Shown here piece after piece: positions 44,515 through 53,364 of a stretch of DNA of 64,000 nt. The DNA is taken from assembly GCA_910587095.1 (NCBI GenBank), contig CAJUMJ010000041.1, positions 30,028 to 94,027 of the forward strand, in the 5' to 3' direction. Under the pieces are notes generated by a model. That model did not search any database and was not told the origin of the DNA. It saw only the letters and a list, made by a program, of their open reading frames with translations. The stretch comes from an uncultured Lachnospiraceae bacterium. Its GTDB lineage: Bacteria; Bacillota; Clostridia; Lachnospirales; Lachnospiraceae. Each line of letters begins with the position of its first letter. Within the stretch, counting starts at the first letter, position 1. A program made the position numbers and the translations under genes.

Positions 44515-46872
44515 CTAAGTCAGCCATTCCATCTCGTTAAACTCGCCCTTTACCTGCCTTGCCGGCGCGCTCTTCCGCGGCCGCGCCAACCGCTCACGCT
44601 CCTCAAATCCGGCCGACATGTAAACAAGCCATGCAAGCAGTTCTTCTCTCTTTTGGCGGTCGCTCAATATTTCTTTATAGTTCGCCACGTTATACAAACG
44701 CATTCCCTTCCTGACCTCAGTCTCATATTCGCATTGTAAGACAATGTCGTCGCTGATATTTACCTGCAACTGCTCCGGGACATCCTCATCCAGCAATGTG
44801 ATGCAGACATAATTGAAATCAAACACCTTTACCTTTTCTTCCTGACAGCCCGTACATGGCACCTCCGCGTCGATCATCACACGAGGATAGTTCCTTTTCT
44901 GGTAAAAAGGCGGCGTCACTCTCTTTTTCAAATTCAGCTTTAAGTCCTCAAAACTTCCGCTGTCACGCTTGATTTCCATGGGAAGCGTAGGGATCCTGTC
45001 ATACAAAATCCCGAGAAGGTCATCATAGCTGCCGTTCAAATCCAGAATTTTAAGGGAGTAATTCCACTGATCACCCCTCTGGCTCACATGGACAACCGTC
45101 CCGAACATATCCACATGATAGTCTTCGTTTTCCAGAATTACTTCCACTTCGGTATCCTTATCAAAGAAATAAGGTTTGGGAAGAACGAGTGCAATTCCCT
45201 CCTCGGAGGCGTCCTTTGTATAGCCCTCATACTCCTCCCCCATATATCTGACCTTGCAGGGCATCTGCACCATAATTCGTTCAGACTTGCGGTAAGGCAC
45301 CCGCCCGTCCACAAAAAATAAGGACATCACCAGAAGGAACAGATTATAAACCAGCCAGAACAGCACCACAACCGGGCCGAAGGATCCGCTGCGCAGCATG
45401 ATCATAACACAGCGCGCAATGCCGATCACGGACAGGACAATCAAAAGCAGAAACGGAATCGTATAGATAAAGTTCCTCCCCTTCTCGTTTTTCTGCTCAC
45501 CCTTGCTGGTCACCTTGAATTTCTTCATGGTAATTCCCACCGTCTCAAGCATCACCGGAATAAGCATATACGGGAAGATCACCGTCTCATAGATGCTGGT
45601 CCATTTCGTGGACCTTATATTTTTACTCAGCATCCGCAAGCTGATATCGCTGCTCACATACATCGGCAGCCAGAATACAAGCACCTGCAATAGCGTACAT
45701 TTAAACACCATAAAGTCAAAGGTCGCGTACAAAATAGGAGACATGATATAAATCAGACGCTTAAGCGGCGCGTACCAGTACCAGACAGACGCCCAATAGT
45801 TCATTTTCTGGGCAAAGGTCAGCTTCGAGCCGAGAAGAATGTGCATTTTTCTTCCGGTCGCGATAACCCCTCTCGCCCATCTGACTCTCTGTTGTATCAA
45901 ATCCTTCAAATCCTGCGGCGAAAGACCGGAGGCCAGCGGCTCCGCCGTTCCAAGGCTCACATACTGCTCCTTCTCAAGAAGAAGACCCGTCGCAAAATCC
46001 TCCGTGATCGCCTCGGTGTAAAATCCTCCGATACTCTCAAGCGCCTCTCTGCGCAGAACCGTATTTGATCCGCCGTAGATCACACTGTTGGTTTTGGTGC
46101 GCGCCACCTGAATATCCTTGTAAAAATAGTCCTGCTCGTTCGGTATCCTCTGTTCGGAATACAGATTAAACTGAAACAGGTCCAAATTGTAAAAGCTCTG
46201 CGGAGACTGTAAAAATCCCAGCTTAACCTTATCTTCCTCTTTCTTGCCGCGGTTCTTTAAGTCGCACTCAACAAAATAAGGTATCGTGCGCATCAGAAAA
46301 TTACTTCTCGGTATCATATCCGCGTCAAATGTGACGACATAAGGCGAATCGGAATGCGCCAGCGCATTGTTCAGATTTCCCGCTTTCGCCCCCTTATGAT
46401 CCTCGCGGTCAAGATAATTAACTCCCAGCCGGTGCGCCAGCTCCTTCATCTCGGCCCTGTGCCCGTCGTCGCAGAGATAGATATGCACCTTATTCTTGTC
46501 CGGGTACTTCATGCGCGTACAACCGTGAACCGTCTTGTAAAGCAAGTCCACCGGTTCACTGTAAGTCGCGATAAAAATATCCACATCCGGGAATTGATCC
46601 GGCGGTAAATTTTTTGGAAAAGGATAGTTTTCCACCGAATACATATTGACAAAATGAATAAACGCCTCCACCATACCAAGGATCTCCACCACAAGCAGAG
46701 AGACGCCCGCCACAACAGACACGGTTCCGTACTCAAAAGGAATCGTAAAGAAAATTCTCCACACCAAATACAAAATGGTAAAATACATGTTTAAGGCAAA
46801 CCATATTTTACCCTTCCAGTCACGAAAGAAAGCTTTGACGAGTCCGCCTAATGTTTCCCCCTCACTCTCCAT
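44515..46872 (-). CDS. Processive GT2 beta-glycan synthase, BcsA-like, with C-terminal PilZ
   Basis: FDADMIP, TEDFATG and QQRVRWARG (QxxRW) motifs with multiple TM helices. The PilZ motifs are RKSER (45277-45291) and DASEEG (45196-45213). Confidence 0.85.
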   Translation of the reverse strand: MESEGETLGGLVKAFFRDWKGKIWFALNMYFTILYLVWRIFFTIPFEYGTVSVVAGVSLLVVEILGMVEAFIHFVNMYSVENYPFPKNLPPDQFPDVDIFIATYSEPVDLLYKTVHGCTRMKYPDKNKVHIYLCDDGHRAEMKELAHRLGVNYLDREDHKGAKAGNLNNALAHSDSPYVVTFDADMIPRSNFLMRTIPYFVECDLKNRGKKEEDKVKLGFLQSPQSFYNLDLFQFNLYSEQRIPNEQDYFYKDIQVARTKTNSVIYGGSNTVLRREALESIGGFYTEAITEDFATGLLLEKEQYVSLGTAEPLASGLSPQDLKDLIQQRVRWARGVIATGRKMHILLGSKLTFAQKMNYWASVWYWYAPLKRLIYIMSPILYATFDFMVFKCTLLQVLVFWLPMYVSSDISLRMLSKNIRSTKWTSIYETVIFPYMLIPVMLETVGITMKKFKVTSKGEQKNEKGRNFIYTIPFLLLIVLSVIGIARCVMIMLRSGSFGPVVVLFWLVYNLFLLVMSLFFVDGRVPYRKSERIMVQMPCKVRYMGEEYEGYTKDASEEGIALVLPKPYFFDKDTEVEVILENEDYHVDMFGTVVHVSQRGDQWNYSLKILDLNGSYDDLLGILYDRIPTLPMEIKRDSGSFEDLKLNLKKRVTPPFYQKRNYPRVMIDAEVPCTGCQEEKVKVFDFNYVCITLLDEDVPEQLQVNISDDIVLQCEYETEVRKGMRLYNVANYKEILSDRQKREELLAWLVYMSAGFEERERLARPRKSAPARQVKGEFNEMEWLT

Positions 46873-46895
46873 AACCGCTCCTCCTCCCGGCTTTC

Positions 46896-48251
46896 TCAGT
46901 CCTTCCTCTTAGATGCCCTGCCCGCAAGAAAGATACCAATCCCGGCAATCGCCACCGTCACGCCGTGGACGAACCTTCTCTCCCGCCTCGCATACTCTTT
47001 CCCGGAAATCCTTTTTCCGGCTTCCGGCTTTTTCTTTGCTCTCCGCCGCTTCGTATCCGTCCCCTGAGCGGCTACGGCTACCGTATTTTCCGGTTTTTTA
47101 TACTTCTCGACCGCCTCACCGGCTACCTGGGTATATCTCGCGGCCGCCAAAGCAGCCAGACCTGTATCCAACTGTCCCGACTGCTTCTCTGCCATAACGT
47201 CCTCTTTCATTTTCCTCACAAAAAGAGCGTCCTCTATAAGCTCGTCCTCCTGCTCCAGTTTCCTGAAAATCAAATACCTGATTCCGCCGCTCTCCTTCTC
47301 AGGCACCTTATCCATCATCGCCACGGGTTTCAGATGCATTTCTGCCACCGGCACGATTGTGGGTTCAGGTTCCGGCACCGGCGTCTCCTCCTCCATCACC
47401 GCCGCAGGGCTCAGATCCATTTCGGCCACCGCCACGATTGCGGGTTCAGGTTCCGGTAAAATCTCAAGCCCTGCTTCCGGTTCAAGTTCGGACATGGGCG
47501 CAACTGCCTCCGCCGCTTCTTCAGCTTCAGGCAACGTCTCAGGTTCCGGTTCAGGTTCCGGCAAAATCTCAAGCCCCGCTTCCGGTTCAAGTTCGGACAT
47601 GAGCGCAACTGGCTCTGCCGCTTCCTCCGCTTCAGGCAACGTCTCAGATTCCGCTTCCGGTTCAGGTTCCGGCAAAATCTCAAGCCCTGCTTCCGGTTCA
47701 AGTTCGGACATGGGCGCAACTGCCTCCACTGCAGCCCCCGTTTCCCCTGTCTCAAATTTGGGAAGCGGCATTTTGAGCAGATCATTGTAGCATTTGAACC
47801 GCACCACCTTTTTCCTGTTAAAATACTGAAAAACAAGACCCCCTGTCAGACATACCGCCGAGAGCACAACCGCCGTAACCGCGTCCCGCCATATAAAATG
47901 ATAGACCGTAAGCCCCAAAATCACCGCACCAAGCGGAGCAGCCAAAAGATAAACGTGTTTTCCGAGTGCATTTCTAATCCGCAGCTTATCGAGAAAATAT
48001 ACGAAAATAATATCCAGAAAGTACAAAAGAACCAAGCCGAACAAAGTGAGCGAGACTGTCAGAAACATTCTGGCCGCCAAATTCGCCGTCATCGGCTCCA
48101 CCAGCAGATAACTCAAATAACAGACTACCGTCCCGATTCCGAGAAACAGTATCGTCCTGAAATATTTATAACCCCAGAAGCAAAAGAGGGTCCCCACAAT
48201 CGTCAAAAGGATGACCCCCAAAAACACCAGTATTTCCTTGGAAAATATCAT
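46896..48251 (-). CDS. Polytopic membrane protein with an acidic P/E-rich tandem-repeat tail
   Basis: About 5 N-terminal TM helices, then three repeats of MSELEPEAGLEILPEPEPE...TLPEAEEAAE, then a C-terminal TM helix. Start set at MIFSKE (alternative GTG at 48320). Confidence 0.6.
   Translation of the reverse strand: MIFSKEILVFLGVILLTIVGTLFCFWGYKYFRTILFLGIGTVVCYLSYLLVEPMTANLAARMFLTVSLTLFGLVLLYFLDIIFVYFLDKLRIRNALGKHVYLLAAPLGAVILGLTVYHFIWRDAVTAVVLSAVCLTGGLVFQYFNRKKVVRFKCYNDLLKMPLPKFETGETGAAVEAVAPMSELEPEAGLEILPEPEPEAESETLPEAEEAAEPVALMSELEPEAGLEILPEPEPEPETLPEAEEAAEAVAPMSELEPEAGLEILPEPEPAIVAVAEMDLSPAAVMEEETPVPEPEPTIVPVAEMHLKPVAMMDKVPEKESGGIRYLIFRKLEQEDELIEDALFVRKMKEDVMAEKQSGQLDTGLAALAAARYTQVAGEAVEKYKKPENTVAVAAQGTDTKRRRAKKKPEAGKRISGKEYARRERRFVHGVTVAIAGIGIFLAGRASKRKD
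47337..47730. repeat. In-frame tandem DNA repeats (period 111-117 bp, about 2.6 copies, preceded by a 78-82-bp-period pair)
   Basis: The near-identical unit ggttccggcaaaatctcaagccc.gcttccggttcaagttcggacatg.gcgcaactg was read three times. Confidence 0.8.
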
Positions 48252-48350
48252 TTGCCCCTGCCATTTGGGCACATGCAACACAAACTTGTCCAATGGAGTC
48301 CCCCTTTGCCAGACCCGCACCTGTGCGATGTAGATATCTATTTTGTTAAA

Positions 48351-48378
48351 ACTATAGACATCTTATCAATTTTGACAA
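48351..48378 (-). promoter_or_regulatory. Sigma-A-type promoter candidate heading the EPS operon
   Basis: On the minus strand: TTGTCA, a 16-nt spacer, then TATAGT, within an AT-rich upstream region. Confidence 0.5.
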
Positions 48379-48464
48379 AACCTGGCAATGCTTTACCGTT
48401 TATCAGTCGTCTATTTATCTATTTTGTACATTTTATCTGCTAATTATTTAGTAAAAATTCATAA

Positions 48465-49916
48465 TTACTGACCCATTTGGTCAAGAAGCGCAATTTTTAC
48501 ATCATAAAGCTTGCTCGAAAGGTCGACATGTACCTTGTGCGGATTCACAAGGCGCCTCGTCTCATCCCATAAAGTATTCTGCTCTTTCTGGCAGTACGCC
48601 CGGATATCCATCACTTTCGGGGACGTGTAACAGCACTCGCCGTTTTTAAATATCGGCATCATCAGTTCCCGCAGCCTATAGCTCCCGGCAGAGAGCTTTG
48701 TCTTTTTCCACGGCTCCACCGGGTCAAAAAGCAAAAGAGGTTCATTCTCGTCGTATGTCTCGTCCGCCAGGCAGATCAAATCGGCCTTTATTTTTCCGCT
48801 CTCCCTGTCATATACGCGGTAAATCGTCTTGTTTCCGGGATTGGTCACCTTCTCCGTATTCTCGGAGAGCTTGATTTTCGGAATAAACTTCCCATCCTCA
48901 CCCATAATCGCCGCCAGCTTATATACGCCTCCGAAAGAAGGGCAGTCCTTCGAGGTGATCAGATGTGTGCCCACACCCCATGAAGTAATTTTTGCCCCCT
49001 GGTCTTTCAAGCTCTGAATCAGAAATTCATCCAGATCGTTGGACGCAGAGATCACCGCGTCCGGGAATCCTGCTTCATCCAACATTTTCCTCGCCTCTTT
49101 GGAAAGATAGGCAAGGTCGCCGCTGTCCAGGCGAATACCGTAAAAGCGCAAGGAGACGCCGGCCTCCCTCAGCTCCTTAAAGACACGTATCGCATTCGGC
49201 ACGCCCGATTTTAAAGTGTCGTAAGTGTCCACCAGCAGAATGCAGGCGGAAGGATACATTTCCGCGTATGTTTTGAATGCCGTGTATTCGTCGGGGAAGC
49301 TCATAATCCAACTGTGAGCGTGCGTGCCCTTAACCGGCACATCAAAAAGCTGCCCGCACAGTACGTTGGAAGTGCCCACACAGCCGCCGATCACCGCCGC
49401 CCTGGCTCCGTATGTGCCTGCGTCAGGCCCCTGGGCCCGTCGAAGCCCGAACTCCATAACGCCGTCCCCCTGGGCTGCGTAACAAACCCTGGCCGCTTTC
49501 GTGGCAATCAAACTCTGGTGATTTATAATATTCAGGATTGCAGTCTCCACAAGCTGCGCCTGCATGATCGGCGCAATCACTTTCACCAGCGGCTCCCTCG
49601 GAAATACCACAGTCCCCTCGGGGATCGCGTAGACATCTCCCGTAAACCTGAAATCCGCCAGATAATCCAGAAAGTCACTGTCAAAAATACCAAGCCCTGC
49701 CAGATAGGCAATATCCTCCTTGTCGAAATGCAGCTCCTTGATATACTGTATTAGCTGCTCCACTCCCGCCATGACGGCAAAGCCGCCATCGCACGGATTG
49801 TTCCTGTAAAAAGCGTCAAAGATCACCGTCTCGTTCTGGTCCTTGTTCTTAAAATAGCCTTGCATCATAGTCAGCTCATACAGGTCGGTCAGCAGCGTCA
49901 AATTTTGTCTGTCCAT
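48465..49916 (-). CDS. pncB: Nicotinate phosphoribosyltransferase
   Basis: LLTDLYELTMMQGYF N-terminal signature. Start set at MDRQ (GGAGG RBS). Confidence 0.9.
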   Translation of the reverse strand: MDRQNLTLLTDLYELTMMQGYFKNKDQNETVIFDAFYRNNPCDGGFAVMAGVEQLIQYIKELHFDKEDIAYLAGLGIFDSDFLDYLADFRFTGDVYAIPEGTVVFPREPLVKVIAPIMQAQLVETAILNIINHQSLIATKAARVCYAAQGDGVMEFGLRRAQGPDAGTYGARAAVIGGCVGTSNVLCGQLFDVPVKGTHAHSWIMSFPDEYTAFKTYAEMYPSACILLVDTYDTLKSGVPNAIRVFKELREAGVSLRFYGIRLDSGDLAYLSKEARKMLDEAGFPDAVISASNDLDEFLIQSLKDQGAKITSWGVGTHLITSKDCPSFGGVYKLAAIMGEDGKFIPKIKLSENTEKVTNPGNKTIYRVYDRESGKIKADLICLADETYDENEPLLLFDPVEPWKKTKLSAGSYRLRELMMPIFKNGECCYTSPKVMDIRAYCQKEQNTLWDETRRLVNPHKVHVDLSSKLYDVKIALLDQMGQ

Positions 49917-50085
49917 AATTTCCTCCATGCCGGAGCCTCTTGCCTCCGTCCGTTTCAATCAATCGGATACCGTGTCATAGAAAAATTTGTTAAAGCTATC
50001 ATACCTCTTTTCAGTCAAATAAGAAAGCAAATATTTTTCCGATGTACGGTTTGCGAAGAAAAATATATCCGCCACAACCGGAACG

Positions 50086-50125
50086 CAAAAACCCGGAGAG
50101 CTCCCAAAACTTTTGCCCTCCGGGT
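50086..50125 (-). terminator. Rho-independent terminator after spoVT
   Basis: On the minus strand: a CCCGGAG...CTCCGGG stem followed by TTTTTG. Confidence 0.6.
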
Positions 50126-50134
50126 ATTCCCTTA

Positions 50135-50677
50135 TCACTGTTCCATCTGTCTTCCCAAAAATCCTGCCGCCGACTGAATCAACTTCTGCTCCACTTCACC
50201 CATTTTGGATTTGTGATCCGTCTCCACCAGAATCACGGAACCGATCACGTCCCCCTCGCAGATAATAGGACTGATGGCTTCATGATGAAAATCGTCGACG
50301 TCAAGGCTGACTGGAATAAAATTTCTGTCTCCCTTTGCCGCCACGACGCTTTCACGATGATCGATTTTCTCCTCCAGTTCCCTGCTGATAGACTTACCCA
50401 ACAAGTTTTTCATGCCGCCCGAAACCGCGATAAACTGATCCCTGTCCGAAATCAGGGCAATGTGCCCCGACACCTGCGCCATACTCTCCGCATACTGCTT
50501 CGCGAAAGTTCCCATCTCGCCTATAGGGGAATATTTCTTTAAAATAATTTCTCCCTCTCTGTCCGTATATATTTCCAGCGGATCCGCCTCCCTGATCCGC
50601 AAAGTTCTGCGAATCTCCTTCGGAATCACGATACGCCCCAAATCATCTATTCTTCTCACAATACCAGTTGCTTTCAT
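50135..50677 (-). CDS. spoVT: Stage V sporulation protein T (AbrB-type N-domain plus GAF-like domain)
   Basis: The N-terminus MKATGIVRRIDDLGRIVIPKEIRRTLRIRE and the C-terminus AAGFLGRQMEQ closely match the SpoVT pattern. Confidence 0.85.
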   Translation of the reverse strand: MKATGIVRRIDDLGRIVIPKEIRRTLRIREADPLEIYTDREGEIILKKYSPIGEMGTFAKQYAESMAQVSGHIALISDRDQFIAVSGGMKNLLGKSISRELEEKIDHRESVVAAKGDRNFIPVSLDVDDFHHEAISPIICEGDVIGSVILVETDHKSKMGEVEQKLIQSAAGFLGRQMEQ

Positions 50678-51219
50678 ATCATATAACCTCCGTCTATAAT
50701 CTATAACTTATTTTCATTTTTCTCTGTTTTTTTACTATTATTTGTAAGGCAGGAAATTATATGCATGGAAATTCCCGATTTCCTTCGATGATTTATTTTC
50801 TGTTTCAAACAGCTTTTAGGAAGTCTGTTCCGGTTTTCTATAATCTTCTCATATACCTCCTCAAATTCTGTTGTGTCGTATGGCAGACCTTGTTCTTTTT
50901 TGGCCTGCGCTTCCCTCAATGCTTCAGTTCTCTTTCCGGTAACCGGAGGAACATGACCAGACCAGACCTGACAGCATCAATAGAGCCTTTACTGTTCCGT
51001 CTTCTTTTGTGCATTTCTCAATTCCCTTCAATCAATAAGCGCCTTGTTTTTACGCTTTGTATATCTTTACTAAATTGTTCAATTGCCTTTTGTATAGAAT
51101 GTTGGAAACTTGAAAAGAATGCCCGGGTATGGTAAAATATATCTTGTTCAACAAGTTAAACAGGGAGGCGTGATAAGCATGGGAAAGCTATTAGTCGGCA
51201 GCTTGGCAAAAGTGAAATC

Positions 51220-51561
51220 GTGCTTGCCAGTACAAACATTTATAAATCGGCTCATGTTGCCGTCGGCTATTCCTTTACGCAGATTCCGACTTCGACGTTC
51301 GAAGCCCTGGACGTGGACATTTCCAACGACGCCGCCTTGGAGGATCTGATTGAGAGAAAAATATTTGACGTTTCCTCCAAAGGTGATCTGACCGTCCAGC
51401 TCATATCCTCCAACGAAGAAGAATCCCGGATACTGGAAATCCCGGAAGAGTCGCCCTTGCTGCTGTCGGAGCTGATCTTATTCAACCACGCCCACCAGGC
51501 GTTCTCCCGCTGCAAGTTCTATATGCTTCCCAAATTTTATAAAATGAAATTTCAGATCTGA
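51220..51561 (+). pseudogene. UTRA-domain fragment of a GntR/HutC-type regulator (no wHTH domain; possible frameshift near 51215)
   Basis: The C-terminal pattern ILEIPEESPLLLSELILFNHAHQAFSRCKFYMLPKFYKM resembles the UTRA C-terminus. An ATG at 51179 with a GGGAGG RBS lies in a different frame. Confidence 0.4.
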
Positions 51562-51752
51562 GAGAAGCCCGGCGTTATTAATTTTTATTGGCAAAGGACA
51601 CCTCCAGGTTTAGCGGCTTGCTTATGTTGAAATCATTTTTCTTGCCGCCAACCCGGAATGTAAAGTAATAGGCGTTGGTACAGCCCTTTTTTCGACTGTT
51701 GAAAAGGAAGAAAAAGGTAAACTGATTGTGTCTGCAGGAAAAGGAGGCATTC

Positions 51753-52481
51753 ATGATGAACGAGATATTAAAATCCCTGCACGAAAGAAAATCCGTCTGC
51801 GTATTTACCGATGAAGAAATAGCGGGCGAGGACAAAAACAGTATTTTACAGGCTGCATTGCAGGCGCCTTCGGCGGGCTGCCAGTTGTTGTATACCATTC
51901 TCGACATCACGGATAAAGATAAAAAAGAAAAGCTCGCCGTGCTTTGCGATAACCAGCTTTTTATGGCAAAAGCGAAAATGATGCTTGTATTTTGTGCGGA
52001 CTGCCGGAAATGGCTTTCTTTTTACCAGGAAGCGGGACTAAAACCGCGCAATCCCGGTGTCGGCGATTTGCTTCTTGCTGTGGAGGACGCCCTGATTGCT
52101 GCGCAAAATGCGGTGACTGCCGCGGAAAGTCTCGGAATCGGCTCCTGCTATATCGGTGACGTCATGGAAAACGCGGAAGAGATGAAAACGCTTTTACAGC
52201 TTCCCAAATATGTGTACCCCGCATGTCTGCTCGTTTTCGGCCATCCGACAAAGCAGCAGAAGGAACGGAAAAAGCCGGAGCGGTTCCGGTTATCAGACAT
52301 CATCTGCGAAAACAGTTATCAGGAAAAAACCGGTGCGCAGATCCGGGAAATGTTCTCAGGAAAAACAGACCAAAAAAGCTATGACGAATGGATGGAAGCA
52401 TTTTGGAAAAGGAAGTACGAGTCGGATTTTTCCAGAGAGATGAACCGCTCGATGGAAATATATCTGCGGGATTTCCAGTAA
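51753..52481 (+). CDS. Nitroreductase-family protein
   Basis: The pattern SLHERKSVCVF...APSAGCQ...GIGSCYIG is typical of the family. AAGGAGG RBS. Confidence 0.8.
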   Translation: MMNEILKSLHERKSVCVFTDEEIAGEDKNSILQAALQAPSAGCQLLYTILDITDKDKKEKLAVLCDNQLFMAKAKMMLVFCADCRKWLSFYQEAGLKPRNPGVGDLLLAVEDALIAAQNAVTAAESLGIGSCYIGDVMENAEEMKTLLQLPKYVYPACLLVFGHPTKQQKERKKPERFRLSDIICENSYQEKTGAQIREMFSGKTDQKSYDEWMEAFWKRKYESDFSREMNRSMEIYLRDFQ

Positions 52482-52564
52482 CGAAAAAGCAAATATTGAT
52501 GCAAAACAAGAGCAATCATGTTATACTTTTGTTAGTAAATCAGATGCGCAGATAGCGAATAAAA

Positions 52565-52694
52565 AATGTGCGCCCGGAGTCTCTTTGTGCCTGATTTTGT
52601 GAGATGATTTTTTGTCAGATATGCATAAATTTATGTGCATATGGCAGAAAATCTGCCACAAAGGCAGGTGCAAGGGAGCTTCCGGGAAGTACAT
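52565..52694. repeat. Dispersed repeat R1, copy 2, immediately upstream of the carbonic anhydrase RBS
   Basis: See copy 1. It contains the near-palindrome ATATGCATAAATTTATGTGCATAT and a GGCAG-CTGCC-GGCAG triple. Confidence 0.8.
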
Positions 52695-52712
52695 AAAAAA
52701 AGAAACGGAGGC

Positions 52713-53285
52713 ATGAAAACTATGGCACATCAAAATTTATCCGCTGCAGAGGCAATTGCAAAACTGAAGGAGGGAAACGAGCGTTACCTGACCGTTTCCA
52801 GTAATCCGGGCGATGTATCTCCCGAGATCAGAAAGAAAACCTGCGACGAGGGACAAACTCCCTACGCGACCATTATCACGTGTTCCGATTCCCGCGTGAT
52901 TCCGGAAGCAGTATTTTCCGCAGGCATCAGCGAACTGTTCACCATCCGCGTGGCGGGCAACGTGATGGATAATCACCAGCTCGGAAGCGTGGAATACGCT
53001 GCAGACCACCTCGGCACCAATCTGGTTGTCGTTTTGGGACACACAAACTGCGGCGCCGTTGGAGCAGCTTTGAGCAGCAGCCCCGATGGATTTGTAAAAT
53101 ACATAACCGACGAAATCAAAAAAGCGATCGGCGACGAGAAGGATGCGCTGAAAGCAAGCTGCCTGAATGTGGAGAGAAGCGTTTCCATCATCAAAGAGAA
53201 ACTGAATCTCACAGACGAATCACCTCTCAAGGTGTGCGGCGCCATTTATCATATTGACAGCGGCAAAGTAGAATTTATGGATTAA
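52713..53285 (+). CDS. Beta-class carbonic anhydrase
   Basis: CSDSRV and GHTNCGAV zinc-ligand motifs. Start set at the ATG at 52713 after AACGGAGG. Confidence 0.85.
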   Translation: MKTMAHQNLSAAEAIAKLKEGNERYLTVSSNPGDVSPEIRKKTCDEGQTPYATIITCSDSRVIPEAVFSAGISELFTIRVAGNVMDNHQLGSVEYAADHLGTNLVVVLGHTNCGAVGAALSSSPDGFVKYITDEIKKAIGDEKDALKASCLNVERSVSIIKEKLNLTDESPLKVCGAIYHIDSGKVEFMD

Positions 53286-53315
53286 AAAAGGAAATACGGG
53301 ATTTTGTGATATCTG

Positions 53316-53341
53316 AAAAACCGCCCTGCGAGGCGGTTTTT
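53316..53341. terminator. Bidirectional rho-independent terminator between convergent genes
   Basis: AAAAACCGCC-CTGCGA-GGCGGTTTTT. Confidence 0.75.
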
Positions 53342-53364
53342 CATACCATAAAAAGACAGAACTT

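Noticed and set aside
47337-47730. Possible CRISPR array
   Set aside because: The repeats are directly abutting with no unique spacers. They are much longer than CRISPR repeats, in frame within a CDS, and no cas genes are present.
47359-47790. Ser/Gly-rich 143-aa plus-strand ORF, plus alternative minus-frame ORFs across the tandem repeat
   Set aside because: They are alternative readings of the 111-117-bp repeat. The frame giving a TM-anchored protein continuous with flanking sequence (46896-48251, minus) is the only one with gene context.
49917-50085. NAD-related riboswitch or NiaR operator upstream of pncB
   Set aside because: I could not recognise a conserved motif or a convincing structure by eye. 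No claim is made.
50701-50919. 72-aa minus-strand ORF (MREAQAKKEQGLPYDTTEFEE...)
   Set aside because: It has no convincing RBS. The upstream continuation is broken by a stop and a frame change, so it is treated as part of the decayed region rather than as a gene.
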